A DNA stretch of 63,175 nucleotides, filler included, from Octopus bimaculoides (Eukaryota), in the NCBI RefSeq assembly GCF_001194135.2. It is 4 parts of 4 records of this genome, joined end to end, with 100 filler letters (N's around TTAATTAATTAA, not from the genome) between each part and the next. Parts side by side here need not be neighbours in the genome. Positions count along the whole stretch, not along the records: positions 61,912 to 63,175 come from NC_068986.1; 3 more parts are not named here. One strand, given 5' to 3'. The translations under genes and the position numbers were made by a program. Shown here piece by piece: positions 62,689 to 63,175 of the stretch (positions within the stretch are counted from its first letter, which is position 1; every line of letters begins with the position of its first letter). The notes under the pieces are model-generated. The model searched no databases. It saw nothing but the letters and a program-made list of their open reading frames with translations, and was not told the origin of the DNA.

Positions 62689-62750
62689 ATAGACATACAT
62701 TTGTACATATATATACATACGAATATGATATATAAACCCACCCGCCCCTC

Positions 62751-62784
<34 letters not shown>

Positions 62785-62876
62785 CAGCTGATACTGGAGA
62801 GCGATGCAGTCCTTGGACAAACTATCCAACCCATGCCACCATGGAACACGGATGTTAAATAATCAGGATGATGGTG

Positions 62877-62904
<28 letters not shown>

Positions 62905-62911
<7 letters not shown>

Positions 62912-63065
62912 AGGAGTGACTGTGTGGTAAGAATCTTGCTGCTCAACCACATAGTTCGGGGTTCAGTCTTCTACTATAGAGCAAGTGTCTTCTACTATAG
63001 CCTCGGGCCGACCAAAGTTTGTGAGTGGATTTGGTGAACGGAAACTGAAAGAAGTTTGTCATGTA
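62905..63065 (+). mobile_element. SINE family A head and core
   Basis: GCGCAGGAGTGACTGTGTGGTAAG..CAACCACATAGTTCGGGGTTCAGTC..CTATAGCCTCGGGCCGACCAAAG. Confidence 0.85.
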
Positions 63066-63079
63066 TATATATATATATT

Positions 63080-63122
<43 letters not shown>

Positions 63123-63175
63123 CGTGCTATCTGTTCTTTTCAACTATCTATCTATTGTTATTATTATTATTATTA

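Overview
AT-rich, microsatellite-laden eukaryotic DNA with many assembly gaps. The SINE-like repeats, (TA)n/(CA)n load and gene content suggest an octopus or other cephalopod; this is inferred, with no database search. Most ORFs in the supplied track are microsatellite or gap artefacts. Real coding sequence is split into exons that I reconstructed by hand. (1) A complete 4-exon plus-strand gene (8621-18060) encodes a 137-aa secreted protein with two Kazal domains. (2) Three consecutive minus-strand exons (52068-52190, 51526-51675, 50606-50727) encode the GAIN/GPS/TM1 part of an adhesion GPCR. Its GPS motif has Ala instead of the catalytic Ser/Thr, and I could not find its TM2-TM7 exons. (3) A probable first coding exon (1806-2121, minus) belongs to an unidentified secreted glycoprotein. 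The rest is mostly transposon debris: RTE, CR1/L2-like, Penelope, Dong/R4-like, Tc1/mariner, pogo-like, hAT-like, Helitron/HINE-like, MITEs and several SINE families. The most unusual structures are a tandem of gag-only units with LTR-like leaders (44066-47100), a minimal hammerhead ribozyme (58508-58556), a perfect 40-bp hairpin (62350-62440), a 27-bp (9-codon) tandem array (48342-48990) and a ~215-bp inverted duplication (33964-35502). There are no rRNA, bona fide tRNA or CRISPR features. I found no evidence that proves a wholly new biological system; the candidates below are ranked with their limits stated.
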